Shown: one piece after another, positions 19,746 through 29,458 of the stretch | How positions within the stretch are numbered: the first letter of the stretch is position 1 | How the letters are laid out: the number at the start of each line of letters is the position of its first letter | Origin: an uncultured Bacilli bacterium | GTDB taxonomy: Bacteria > Bacillota_I > Bacilli_A > RF39 > UBA660 | Direction of reading: 5' to 3' | Assembly: GCA_934096555.1 (NCBI GenBank) | Contig: CAKOMD010000004.1 | Span: forward strand, 12,792-76,791 | DNA: 64,000 nt | Made by a program: the position numbers and the translations under genes | Notes under the pieces: model-generated | What the model was told of the DNA's origin: nothing | Database searches by the model: none | What the model saw: the letters and a program-made list of their open reading frames with translations, nothing else

Positions 19746-20606
19746 TTAACTTTTTAAATATATATCTACTTTATAATTCATAATAGATTCTTCATTGAAT
19801 ACAAACTTGTTACCATTTTTGTCAATAACAGAATATACTCTATTATTCTTTATTTTTTCCATTAAACATTTATCCGCTGAAGTTGATATTTGTTTGATAT
19901 TACTATTCATATATTGTTTATAAGAATCAATAGTATCAAATTCAGCCTGTTTCTTCATACTATCACTAAGTAAGGAATATGATGAAGTTATATCATTTCT
20001 TACCTTTTCAATATAGTCAGATAAGTATAAAGAGCATATTTCCTCTTTAGTAACTATACTAGGATTATTTACTTTATTATAATCATTACTATTGATACTT
20101 ATTTTTTTTATTTTGTTAATTATTTTTGTATAATCTGTTTTATTGTCAATTGGATAAAATGATACAGTTAAATTGTTTAAATCCTTTAATATTATTATTT
20201 GAAAACCATCATCAATTTCTTTAGTACTATCATAATTATTCTGAATAATACTTCCTTTTAAGTAATAAATATAATTATTCATAACATTTACTGAAGTTAT
20301 TGTACTTGCCTTTGCTGATGTATTTTTTGGATATGTTATTATTTTATCCAATACATTGTCTATGGTTATTTCATTATTTGATATATAATCTTCATCTAGT
20401 AAAGAATAGATAGCTTCTTTATTATTACTACTAGCATAGTTAACATATTTATTTACACTACTAACTATTGAAAAATAATCATTATATTCACTTACTGCTG
20501 CTAGTTTATCACTATTACTTTTTATATTTAATATTAAAACAATTGCTAGTGGTATTACGCAAACAAGTATTACTACAATTAGTGTTTTTATATCATCTTT
20601 TTTCAT
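19746..20606 (-). CDS. Bitopic membrane protein, possible VirB8/TcpC-like T4SS component
   Basis: One N-terminal TM helix plus an extracytoplasmic domain of about 250 aa. The call rests on its position between the hydrolase and the T4CP, with no motif support. Confidence 0.3.
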   Translation of the reverse strand: MKKDDIKTLIVVILVCVIPLAIVLILNIKSNSDKLAAVSEYNDYFSIVSSVNKYVNYASSNNKEAIYSLLDEDYISNNEITIDNVLDKIITYPKNTSAKASTITSVNVMNNYIYYLKGSIIQNNYDSTKEIDDGFQIIILKDLNNLTVSFYPIDNKTDYTKIINKIKKISINSNDYNKVNNPSIVTKEEICSLYLSDYIEKVRNDITSSYSLLSDSMKKQAEFDTIDSYKQYMNSNIKQISTSADKCLMEKIKNNRVYSVIDKNGNKFVFNEESIMNYKVDIYLKS

Positions 20607-20618
20607 ATGTATCACCTT

Positions 20619-21800
20619 TTATTTACAACCATTTTTTACATAGTTAACGAATTCACTGCTACTTTCTCCTCTTTTAGTACAAGTATTTTTTGTATCATTA
20701 GGTCTTTCAAAATTATAGCAAAAATCATATGTTAGCTCTTTACTTGAGGATGTTCCTTCGGAAACTCCTTTATAAAGTGTTGGATAGTTATTTTCTAATT
20801 CATATAATAGAAAACTTATTTGTCCCCCTATTGTATCGTAGTTATTAGGAAAAGTTGTCTTCAGATTATTCCATCTTTCATTATGCCATTGGCATAATCC
20901 ATAACTGGTTGGTACACCATTTTCATAATCACCATATGCGTTATAATCAAATGAACTTTCATGATTGATATTAGTCATTAATGCAATTATTCCATTTTCT
21001 GATATTCCATTTGCTCTTAATGTTAAGCAAACACTTTGCTTATTAGAATCACCATCAACAGAACCACCATATTTGCTCTTTGGTCTAGGATTAGTTGCAG
21101 ATATATAGTTGCTTGGATCAACATAACTACCATTGACCATAACTCCAAAATGTAGATGTGCCCCTGTCGAAGAACCACTATTTCCTATTTTTCCAATGAC
21201 TTGACCTTGTTTTACTTTATCTCCAGAACGAACTGTAATACTATTCTTAGCCATATGAGCATACACTGTATAAGTACCATCAGCATGAAGAATTTTAACG
21301 AAGTTTCCAAAGCCACCACCATCAGTATTTCCATAATAACCATTATCATTATATTGTACATCACTATCTGATGACGGATATACAACTTCTCCTTCTTCAG
21401 CGGCAATTACATTTACTGTTCCTATTCCACCTGTTCCTGGAGATATATCTAGGCCATTATGATTGCTTGTTCTAAAGCCATCATCGCCACCAAACTCTGA
21501 TGTAATGGTAATACTTACAGGTTCACCATCAGCATATGTTACACCATTTTCAGTTCTTGTCTCTGAACTTCCTACTGGCCACCAATATGTATTTTTTTCT
21601 TTTATATTGGTATAATCTCCATATGCATAAGATCCATTTATAATGCTATCTTCTAGACCTATGCTATCAACCCAAAGTGGTGTCGTTAATATTACAATAA
21701 ATATTACCGGTAAAAAAGTTATTACTAATCCTATTGATAGTATTATCATTTTTTCTTTTAATGACAAACTTTTCCACTTATTTAATAAAATTTTCCACAT
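20619..21800 (-). CDS. T4SS-associated cell-wall hydrolase: M23 peptidase plus lysozyme-like domain
   Basis: N-terminal TM helix. M23 motifs HNGLDI and GNSGSSTGAHLHF. The C-terminal part (NINHESSFDYNAYGD ... GLCQWHNERW) resembles the phage-tail-lysozyme family. Confidence 0.8.
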   Translation of the reverse strand: MWKILLNKWKSLSLKEKMIILSIGLVITFLPVIFIVILTTPLWVDSIGLEDSIINGSYAYGDYTNIKEKNTYWWPVGSSETRTENGVTYADGEPVSITITSEFGGDDGFRTSNHNGLDISPGTGGIGTVNVIAAEEGEVVYPSSDSDVQYNDNGYYGNTDGGGFGNFVKILHADGTYTVYAHMAKNSITVRSGDKVKQGQVIGKIGNSGSSTGAHLHFGVMVNGSYVDPSNYISATNPRPKSKYGGSVDGDSNKQSVCLTLRANGISENGIIALMTNINHESSFDYNAYGDYENGVPTSYGLCQWHNERWNNLKTTFPNNYDTIGGQISFLLYELENNYPTLYKGVSEGTSSSKELTYDFCYNFERPNDTKNTCTKRGESSSEFVNYVKNGCK

Positions 21801-21825
21801 TAATATCACCACCTAATGGAGATTA

Positions 21826-23610
21826 TTATAAGCCTCCACCTGAACCAAATGACTCTAACTCATCTTCTGTTACTGTTACATTTATTTGCATTCTTCTATT
21901 ACCACATACAAATAATGCTTCACCTTGGCTAAATCTCTTTATACCTTCTTTTTCATTTTCATTTAAATCTATTAACATTGATAAGTCTTCAACTGATTGT
22001 TTCTTTAATCCCATAACTAAATAATATGAAGAGTTATCAAATATTGCCTTACCATGCATTAATATTCCATCTGCTACAAAGTCTGATGGCTGCTGAGTAA
22101 TTATTATTGTTCCTGTATTGTATTTTCTTGCTCTTCTTTGAACTTGAGCTAAGAATTCTGCACCTAGTTCGTTTTTAGCTCCTAATAATACATGGGCTTC
22201 ATCTACTGATAATACTGTGTTTTTACTTGGATCTAAACATAGTCCCCAAGCAAACTTAAGTACATTAAATAATAGTGCATTTCTTATGTTAACATCTGAA
22301 TTCATTAATTCTTTTATATTGAATACTAGGAAATCACTATCAGTATTTATTGAAGTATGACCATTAAAGTAATATTGTAATTCTCTTACAAACGGTCTTA
22401 ATTTTAACTCTAGTCTTTCCATAACATCTCTTTCATGAGTTTTCTCAGTCATTGATGTTAGCTTGCTTGTTACTGTTACATATACATCACTAAATGTTGG
22501 AAATTGACTTGATGTAAACTTAGTAAAATCTGAAGTAAATGTTATTCCAAATCTAGCATACGTATCTTGTACGACTTCACTAAATAGTGTTAGTACATCA
22601 TCTTCAATATCTGGCGCATAATACTTCATGAATGCTTTTAATGATTGCAAAGTTTTATTAAGTACAGTGTAACCTAATCCTGACCTTATTTCATTTTCAT
22701 CAGCATCCATTATTATTTCAAGTGGATTTACCATTCCGTATTCTCCACCCTTACCTAAGTCTACTACATCGCCACCATACATTTTTGTCATTTCACTTAT
22801 TTCACCCTCAGGGTCGACTGCTACTATTTGATAGCCATTTCTTATATGACTACGAAGTATTAATTTAGCTGCTGTTGATTTACCTGATCCTGAAGTACCT
22901 AATATAATCATATTAGCATTATTTCTATTGCTTTCTTTTCTTATTTGATATAAGAACTGATTAAATAGTACAACACCACCAGAGAAATCCACACCAAGAA
23001 GTGTTGATAATCCATCATCTTTGATGCTATCAAAGATGAATGGATACATTGCTGCCATTGTTGGAGATGGCATTGGCGTACCAATTCTACTTTCTATTAT
23101 TTGTTTGTCAAATATAGGAAGGATAGATTTCAATACTCTTTCTTGTTCAAATCTAAGAGGTATTGCTCTCATTTCCATGGCATCAAGATAATTTTTAATA
23201 CTAACTTTCTTGTTTTCCAGTTCTTCTCTAGTATCAGCAGTAATCATTATATGCATTTGAAAATCAAATGTTTTTGCTTGTGAAGCAGTAAACTGCTGAA
23301 TAAAATATTCTAATGAGTCAACATCTTGTCTAATTCTTTCTTGAATAGTTCTATCTCTTTCTTGTTGATACTTACTTTTTAAATCTGCTATTTCTTTATT
23401 TAACATTTTGGCAAGTACAGAAAATGGTAATGGAATATGCTTAATAACCATTTTTACACCTGACATATTAGTTAAGTTAGATAAATAGCCTGGCCCAATT
23501 AATCTAGGATAAGATATTACTGTTAATATAGTTGCATATTTATCACTAATAACAAAATCTGCTGGATTAAATTGTAATCCTTTCGGAGCTAGTTCACTTT
23601 TAAAATTCAT
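21826..23610 (-). CDS. VirB4-family T4SS ATPase, central and C-terminal part
   Basis: Walker A GTSGSGKST and Walker B VLSVDEAHVLL. The N-terminus APKGLQFNPADFVISDKYATILTVISYP corresponds to the middle of full-length Firmicute VirB4 proteins. Confidence 0.88.
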   Translation of the reverse strand: MNFKSELAPKGLQFNPADFVISDKYATILTVISYPRLIGPGYLSNLTNMSGVKMVIKHIPLPFSVLAKMLNKEIADLKSKYQQERDRTIQERIRQDVDSLEYFIQQFTASQAKTFDFQMHIMITADTREELENKKVSIKNYLDAMEMRAIPLRFEQERVLKSILPIFDKQIIESRIGTPMPSPTMAAMYPFIFDSIKDDGLSTLLGVDFSGGVVLFNQFLYQIRKESNRNNANMIILGTSGSGKSTAAKLILRSHIRNGYQIVAVDPEGEISEMTKMYGGDVVDLGKGGEYGMVNPLEIIMDADENEIRSGLGYTVLNKTLQSLKAFMKYYAPDIEDDVLTLFSEVVQDTYARFGITFTSDFTKFTSSQFPTFSDVYVTVTSKLTSMTEKTHERDVMERLELKLRPFVRELQYYFNGHTSINTDSDFLVFNIKELMNSDVNIRNALLFNVLKFAWGLCLDPSKNTVLSVDEAHVLLGAKNELGAEFLAQVQRRARKYNTGTIIITQQPSDFVADGILMHGKAIFDNSSYYLVMGLKKQSVEDLSMLIDLNENEKEGIKRFSQGEALFVCGNRRMQINVTVTEDELESFGSGGGL

Positions 23611-24167
23611 TATGAAATCACCGTCCCAAAATTAGTTGTCATTCCACTATTAAGGAAATTATCAAGTATTATTCTTAAATCATCATTAGATACTTGTTTA
23701 GACTCTAAACCTGCATTAGCAAGTCCAGTAATTAGAGTTCTAAGTCTCTTTTGTATCAAATCATCATTCTTTTCTTTAAATAATATATAATACTCAGTAT
23801 CAGTAATATTATTATTCATGAAATCATTGGCCTTATCTATATCTTGATTGATTAACTTTCTAACTGCTGGATTAGGGGTTTGATTATATAATAATTGTAA
23901 TCTAGCAAGATAGTTATTTAAATCTACTGGTCTATCTGCAGATATTAACCAAAACTCAAAATCTATTGTATTATAGAAATTTTTTAAAGCTATTATTGTA
24001 TTATCTTGTGTACCTTGATCCAAGATAAAGATATTTCTTGGCTTTATTTTTACCCCTGTTACTTTTAGTTTGTTATCAAGTATTATTGTACCATTAGCAA
24101 TAGATTTAATTGGTAACCAATCTTCAGTATACTTTGAATTATTTTTTGTCGTCGCCAAATTTTTCAT
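23610..24167 (-). CDS. VirB4 N-terminal domain encoded as a separate ORF (start uncertain: 24167 or 24245)
   Basis: EDWLPIKSIANGTIILDNKLKVTGVKIKPRNIFIL...FWLISADRPVDL matches the usual VirB4/TcpF/PrgJ N-terminus. Its stop overlaps the next ATG as TAATG. Confidence 0.65.
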   Translation of the reverse strand: MKNLATTKNNSKYTEDWLPIKSIANGTIILDNKLKVTGVKIKPRNIFILDQGTQDNTIIALKNFYNTIDFEFWLISADRPVDLNNYLARLQLLYNQTPNPAVRKLINQDIDKANDFMNNNITDTEYYILFKEKNDDLIQKRLRTLITGLANAGLESKQVSNDDLRIILDNFLNSGMTTNFGTVIS

Positions 24168-24459
24168 AGAAACACCAACCTCTCCATATATAATTTCTTC
24201 TTTCTGTAAAAAATCTAAATATACTTTGTATAGCACATAAAACATTATGATAATTAGGTATTGGTACTACCAGTAGGCCAGTTACGCCTACTGGTAAACA
24301 TGATAACAATATCATTGCTGTATTGCTTGAATCAACAAGTATTAATAATAATAAAGTTACTGCCATTCCTGTACCAAACATAATTAAATCAAATGGTCTA
24401 AATATATTAAATATCAATGTACCTCTTTTAGCGTTAGCAGGTACTAAAAATCCATTCAC
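24139..24459 (-). CDS. PrgI/VirB3-like small membrane protein
   Basis: 106 aa with two TM helices, a LIFNIFRPFDLIMFG start pattern and a basic C-terminus RRNYIWRGW. Located immediately upstream of VirB4. Confidence 0.6.
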   Translation of the reverse strand: MNGFLVPANAKRGTLIFNIFRPFDLIMFGTGMAVTLLLLILVDSSNTAMILLSCLPVGVTGLLVVPIPNYHNVLCAIQSIFRFFTERRNYIWRGWCFYEKFGDDKK

Positions 24460-24479
24460 TATGTATCACACTCCTTTTA

Positions 24480-26663
24480 TTAATAATAGTTTGAACCATC
24501 AAACTCGTCGTTATTATTACTACTTGAATTTTGACCGCTGTTGTTATAATAATTTGGGTTTGTGTATGGATTATCGTCTTCATTACTATTATTTGCTCCA
24601 GTAGTATTAAACTGGCCATGTCCCGTTTCATATGGATTTCCATCATCATTTCCATATGTTGAATTATTATTTCCACTAGGTGTATTATCTGCAGTAAATT
24701 GACCATATCCTGCTTCATATGGATTACCATCTTCTCCATAATTTTCTACATTGCCAAATACAGATGGTGGTGTATTTGAACTTGATTGATGTTGATTATT
24801 TGTACTTTGAGGTTGCTGATTATTCTGAGGTGTAGTGGAAGTACTTTGATTGTTCTGTGTTTTTGGTTCGTTTTCATATTCTTTTACTTTTCCATGAGTT
24901 TTTTTATAATAGTCAAATACTTCTTCACGATGTGCATCGTCTGTATATATTTTCTTATTAGCATTATGTTTGTTTTGAGCAAGTTCTAATTTTCCAGCGG
25001 CTACTTTCTTATTTCTTTCTGCAGTTTTTATTCTGTTTTCGGCTCTTTCTATTGCTGCTTCATCACCACTATTATAAGCTGCTTGATATCTTGCATATTC
25101 TGTTTGATATTCTTGTTCTGCTTTTTTATTTTCTGCCTTTGCTCTTTCAACTCCCAATAAAGAATTTGCATATTCTTGATGTCTGAATATTCCTGCTTTA
25201 ATCCCAGTAATATTTTTATCCTTATCCGTTGTCACTAACTCGCCATCTGTTTTATTGTAGATTTTTTCTCCTTCTACTAGGCTTTTGTTATATTGTCTCT
25301 CATCTTCTTCAGCTTGTCTACGTTGCTTTATAGCTTCTCCTCTTCCTGGTAGCCACTTATCCATAGCTTGTCCGAATTTTCCTCTTGGTTTAGGTAGATT
25401 ATGTGCTTTTCTATCAATATATGTTCCCAATGCTTTTCCACCTTTTATTCCCCATCCTAATGGAGTGTATTTTCCAGTATCCTTTATTGGATCTAAAACA
25501 TTTTTCTTTAAACCGAGACCAAATCCTAGGCTGCCCTTTCCACCACTTAATCCTGGGAAAATATCACCAATTAACTCTGGCACCTTTTTAGCAAATATCA
25601 ATAATCCTATTATTAGGAATATTTTAATTAATGCTATTGTTGGAAAGCTTAGTTGGCTTCCATTAATGCTATCCATTAAAACACTATTAGTGTCGTTTAA
25701 TTGGTCTAAAACATCATTTGACAAGTACATAACAAAGTAGATAATAATTAATCTTAAAAATAAATCTAGATATGTTGTTGTACATTGCTTAACCCAATTT
25801 TTAAATGATCCATCTGGATCAGAAATATAAGACAATATTGGTACTGGGGCAACCAATTGTAAAAATGCTAGTTTAAACACTCTGGCCGCAACTTGAAAGC
25901 AATATACGAATAATATGTACGCCACTGCACAACCTACTATATTGATAAACAATTCATTAAATTCTATTACGAATTGACTATCTCTTCTAATTGAAAGTGG
26001 ACCAATTGTGTCATAAAAGTTCCATTTTGAATTGCCATCTGCTTTCACAGCATCATTTGTAACATTTTCTTTTAATGTGGTATAATTTATACTTTGATAT
26101 CTTTCTTCTAGTCTTTCATCATATTCTGCTGTTCCTAAGTCATACTTTGGAAATTCTTCATCCGTATAAAAGCTAAAGTATAAATCAGCTGCTAGCTTTC
26201 TTCCCATATTACTGCTATTTACCCCTATTGAGTTTTGCATAATTAACTTGTATATTATATTGTCATTAGAATTATTAGCACCAACAAGCAAATTTTGTAG
26301 TTTAAAAGCTTCTTTAAATAGCGAAGGTGTAATTCCAAGTAAAACTATAGAAATTATGCAGCGCATTATAATGGATGTAAAACCATTTTTTTTATCTGTT
26401 AATTTGTCAGGATCAATCAAAGCTTGTATTAATGAAAAAGTCAATTTAAATATCATGAACATACCTAAAATTAATCCGACACTTCTATAGATTTTTTGCA
26501 CTATATCGCTGTTTAATATTTCGGCTTTTGCTATTAATATAAAAACGTCGTACAAGTATGATATGATAGAATAAATTGTTGCAGCAATTGTTCCAAAGAA
26601 TGTTCTTATTGCCTGCTGAATGATTTTTCCGATATCACTAAACAAAAATGCATTATATATCAT
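24480..26663 (-). CDS. VirB6/TrbL-like polytopic T4SS channel protein with an N/Q/S-rich repeat tail
   Basis: At least 6 TM helices in the first 400 aa or so, a coiled-coil middle, and a tail with DGNPYE.G.GQF repeats. ATG at 26663 with an AAGGAGG RBS. Confidence 0.65.
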   Translation of the reverse strand: MIYNAFLFSDIGKIIQQAIRTFFGTIAATIYSIISYLYDVFILIAKAEILNSDIVQKIYRSVGLILGMFMIFKLTFSLIQALIDPDKLTDKKNGFTSIIMRCIISIVLLGITPSLFKEAFKLQNLLVGANNSNDNIIYKLIMQNSIGVNSSNMGRKLAADLYFSFYTDEEFPKYDLGTAEYDERLEERYQSINYTTLKENVTNDAVKADGNSKWNFYDTIGPLSIRRDSQFVIEFNELFINIVGCAVAYILFVYCFQVAARVFKLAFLQLVAPVPILSYISDPDGSFKNWVKQCTTTYLDLFLRLIIIYFVMYLSNDVLDQLNDTNSVLMDSINGSQLSFPTIALIKIFLIIGLLIFAKKVPELIGDIFPGLSGGKGSLGFGLGLKKNVLDPIKDTGKYTPLGWGIKGGKALGTYIDRKAHNLPKPRGKFGQAMDKWLPGRGEAIKQRRQAEEDERQYNKSLVEGEKIYNKTDGELVTTDKDKNITGIKAGIFRHQEYANSLLGVERAKAENKKAEQEYQTEYARYQAAYNSGDEAAIERAENRIKTAERNKKVAAGKLELAQNKHNANKKIYTDDAHREEVFDYYKKTHGKVKEYENEPKTQNNQSTSTTPQNNQQPQSTNNQHQSSSNTPPSVFGNVENYGEDGNPYEAGYGQFTADNTPSGNNNSTYGNDDGNPYETGHGQFNTTGANNSNEDDNPYTNPNYYNNSGQNSSSNNNDEFDGSNYY

Positions 26664-26680
26664 TATTAACCTCCTTACTT

Positions 26681-28516
26681 TTAACCTATTTTGCAACTAC
26701 TTGATTCAATAATTGGCCATACTTTATTTGCTAATTGTAAAATAAGATTTACAATTGTTGGAACAAAGAAAATTATAATGGCAATTATTAATCTTTTTAT
26801 AAAATTCTTTTGTGCCTTCTTCATTTGATCCTCTTGTCCAGCAAAAACTGCTTTTGAGAATTCAATAATTCCTAAGGCAATTAAAATTATAGGAACTGCT
26901 ATTTTTATTATATTTAGATAGCTATTTATTTTATCTATTAGGTTTTGTCCCAATAATCCTGCACAATCAACTACCGTTACTATGTTATTTTCAGAAGCGT
27001 ATTTTTCATACTTTGCTCTCCAAGTGTCTAGTTCTTTAACCTGCTCGCTTGTTAACAAATCTCTGTAGTTGCTATCTATATATGATATCATTATTGTGAA
27101 ATCTCTTATATATTCTTTAATCATTTTATCTATATTTAATACATCTTCTGAATTTGGTGCTATTTCTTTTAATGCTTTATTAAGACTATTATAAAATATG
27201 CTATCTAGTATTCCTGAATTAAGACTACGTTTTTCCACTGAATCAGTAATGTCAAATTTATTTGAATAGAATTTATTTGAATAATATTCATTTAAATCTT
27301 TTGAATCACAAACCATACTATTTTCGTCAAGTGAGAAGATATTAGTCCATGCATAAGTATATAATGATGCAGGTGGAGTTATTTCTTTATTAGTTCCTGT
27401 ATAGCACTTTGAATAATCTGTAAAATTATAGTCTTCCATGTTCTTTAAGTTATTATAAGCGTCCTTTAAATCTTCGAACATTTCTTGTGGTCTATAATTG
27501 TCTGGAAAAGAATAACTTGTTCCACTTTCTACGCTTTTTCTTATCTTTGCAGATTCATCAATTAGTTTTTCTTTCTTCTTTAGTTCACCATAAGAATTTG
27601 AAGTATTCTCGAAATTTTTCATTTCCTGCTCATACCATTCTTTTGCAGTATTTTTTAAAACTGAATTTGAATCTTTACTATCAACTATTAATCCAAATTT
27701 AATTCCTTTTTCTTTTTCCAAGTAGGTATAGCAATCGCCTTCTTTATAGTTTTCTGAGTCATATCCATACACAGCACATATATAATTAGGAAAAATGGCT
27801 TTTCTATTTGTTGATACCTTCCAAAAATCTCCCCATTGTGCTTCAACGGTAGTAGTACCAAAAAGTGTGCTATTTTGAACCGGTATTCCCCAAATAGTAA
27901 ATATTGCTAGTGATAATAGATTGTTCTTGTATAGTCCTTTATCAAATTTACCAACGATGTATTGAAGTTGATATTTTGCAACATTGTCACCACTTATTGT
28001 ATTTATATTTGCATATAAACCATCTTGATTATAACCTTCACCATAAACTATTTTTTGGCCTTTAGAATTTTCCAAATAATAAAATATATATTCATCATCT
28101 TTCAATTCAGAAGACTCGTTAATTCTTCCTTCACCTATTGGCACAAACATTTTTGCATTATCTTTAGCACTTCTAATTCCGGCTGGGCAAACCCCACTTA
28201 ATATTTTTTCTTCCACTTGTCCGGACTTTCTCCACTCGTCTTTGCAATTTTCATTGCCTTTGGTTATGTCTGGTATCCAGCAGCCATCTGTATTAGGTAT
28301 TTGCCAATTATCCTCTAATTGAAAGAATTGTCCAATGCCTTTAACCTTCGAACCGCTACCATCGGTTAATCTGACAAATCTATTGAACTTATCATTATAT
28401 TCTTCATTATATGCACAATCAAGATACATATAAGTTGCACTAACTTTTCTAGTAAATAACGTTGTTGTTAATAGTAATGTTATAATTATTAATAGTACTT
28501 TTTTATTTTTATTCAT
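26681..28516 (-). CDS. Secreted Cys-rich 611-aa protein ending in a VirB2-like two-TM domain
   Basis: Signal peptide MNKNKKVLLIIITLLLTTTLFTRKVSA. The last 95 aa or so align with the 109-aa protein at 28616-28945 (CAGL..VPI.LI.LG.I...KAV.A..ED..KKA.K.F.KR). Confidence 0.6.
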   Translation of the reverse strand: MNKNKKVLLIIITLLLTTTLFTRKVSATYMYLDCAYNEEYNDKFNRFVRLTDGSGSKVKGIGQFFQLEDNWQIPNTDGCWIPDITKGNENCKDEWRKSGQVEEKILSGVCPAGIRSAKDNAKMFVPIGEGRINESSELKDDEYIFYYLENSKGQKIVYGEGYNQDGLYANINTISGDNVAKYQLQYIVGKFDKGLYKNNLLSLAIFTIWGIPVQNSTLFGTTTVEAQWGDFWKVSTNRKAIFPNYICAVYGYDSENYKEGDCYTYLEKEKGIKFGLIVDSKDSNSVLKNTAKEWYEQEMKNFENTSNSYGELKKKEKLIDESAKIRKSVESGTSYSFPDNYRPQEMFEDLKDAYNNLKNMEDYNFTDYSKCYTGTNKEITPPASLYTYAWTNIFSLDENSMVCDSKDLNEYYSNKFYSNKFDITDSVEKRSLNSGILDSIFYNSLNKALKEIAPNSEDVLNIDKMIKEYIRDFTIMISYIDSNYRDLLTSEQVKELDTWRAKYEKYASENNIVTVVDCAGLLGQNLIDKINSYLNIIKIAVPIILIALGIIEFSKAVFAGQEDQMKKAQKNFIKRLIIAIIIFFVPTIVNLILQLANKVWPIIESSSCKIG

Positions 28517-28615
28517 ATTTAATCTACTCCTTCAAAAAGTTAATTTATCACATTTAAATTATAACATACTAATATAAAAAAAGAAATCATTTTTCAATTT
28601 CTTTTTATTTTTTTA

Positions 28616-28945
28616 TTAAGAATTTCTTATCTCATTCCAACATGCACGCCAATTGGCTTGATTAGGATTTATTTCATTTCCTGTTGCACTACTAACTGTA
28701 TCAAATACAAAAGTAACTAACCATACTACTGCAAATACACCAACAGCGTATAAGAATCTTTTACCAAAAGCTTTAGTAGCTTTCTTTACTTCATCTTCTT
28801 TACTAGCTATTACTGCCTTACCTAAATCTATCATTCCTAACACAATTAATACTATTGGAACACCTATCATAATGGCATTGATAACAAGGTTAACCAATCC
28901 AAATAGTGGCTTTAATCCAGCAGCACATCCATCTAAAAAGTACAT
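28616..28945 (-). CDS. VirB2/TrbC-like two-TM pilin-like protein
   Basis: 109 aa with two hydrophobic helices separated by KAVIASKEDEVKKATKAFGKR. First gene after its own promoter, upstream of the VirB6-like gene. Confidence 0.5.
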   Translation of the reverse strand: MYFLDGCAAGLKPLFGLVNLVINAIMIGVPIVLIVLGMIDLGKAVIASKEDEVKKATKAFGKRFLYAVGVFAVVWLVTFVFDTVSSATGNEINPNQANWRACWNEIRNS

Positions 28946-28972
28946 ACGTTATTCCTCCTTACTTATACTTAT

Positions 28973-29016
28973 ATATTACAATAAAAATAGGTAATTGTCA
29001 ATTATTTGACAATTAC
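28973..29016 (-). promoter_or_regulatory. Sigma-A promoter embedded in an 11-bp inverted repeat (operator and/or terminator)
   Basis: Minus strand reads TTGACA (29001-28996), 17 nt, TAATAT (28978-28973). The inverted-repeat arms are gtaattgtcaa (28991-29001) and ttgacaattac (29006-29016). Confidence 0.55.
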
Positions 29017-29023
29017 TTATTAA

Positions 29024-29458
29024 TTATTTTTTTCTTATTAGTTTTTTAGCATTATTTTTTTTATTTTCTTGATGTTTTTTAAAACTATTTAAGATAAATG
29101 ATAATGTTTCATTATCTTTGGTACTTAATGTTATTATCTTTTTTTCTATATATGCTGCTTTTAGTTCTATTAGTAATGCTTTAGTATTCTCTAATTGTTC
29201 TTTTTCTTCCTCTACTAATTCTTTACTATCTAAAATACCTGATACTGCTAGTAAAAGTGATTCTATATTTAATACTAAATGATATTCATCTACAAATGTG
29301 TTATTAAACATCTCATTACATATAACTGCAGTCTCTGGTGTCTCTGCAATTATGATGCCCTTACCTTTTTGACTACTTGGAATATGATTTTTATGATACT
29401 TATCATATACTTTATTAGCTCTTTTTTCTATCAAATCATATTCTATATTATTTTTTGA
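29024..29458 (-). repeat. Copy 1 of an approximately 430-bp coding repeat
   Basis: About 90% identical by eye to 29712-30155 and 31603-32010. Confidence 0.75.

Noticed and set aside
24323-24739. Track ORFs 24323-24604 (+) and 24434-24739 (-)
   Set aside because: They are alternative frames of the repetitive N/Q/S-rich tail of the VirB6-like gene and the PrgI-like gene. Their composition is His/Ile/Met-rich nonsense with no RBS.
25285-25740. 151-aa plus-strand ORF (and 25403-25591)
   Set aside because: Antisense to the well-supported polytopic VirB6-like ORF. The Pro/Phe/Leu-rich sequence is typical of a reverse frame.
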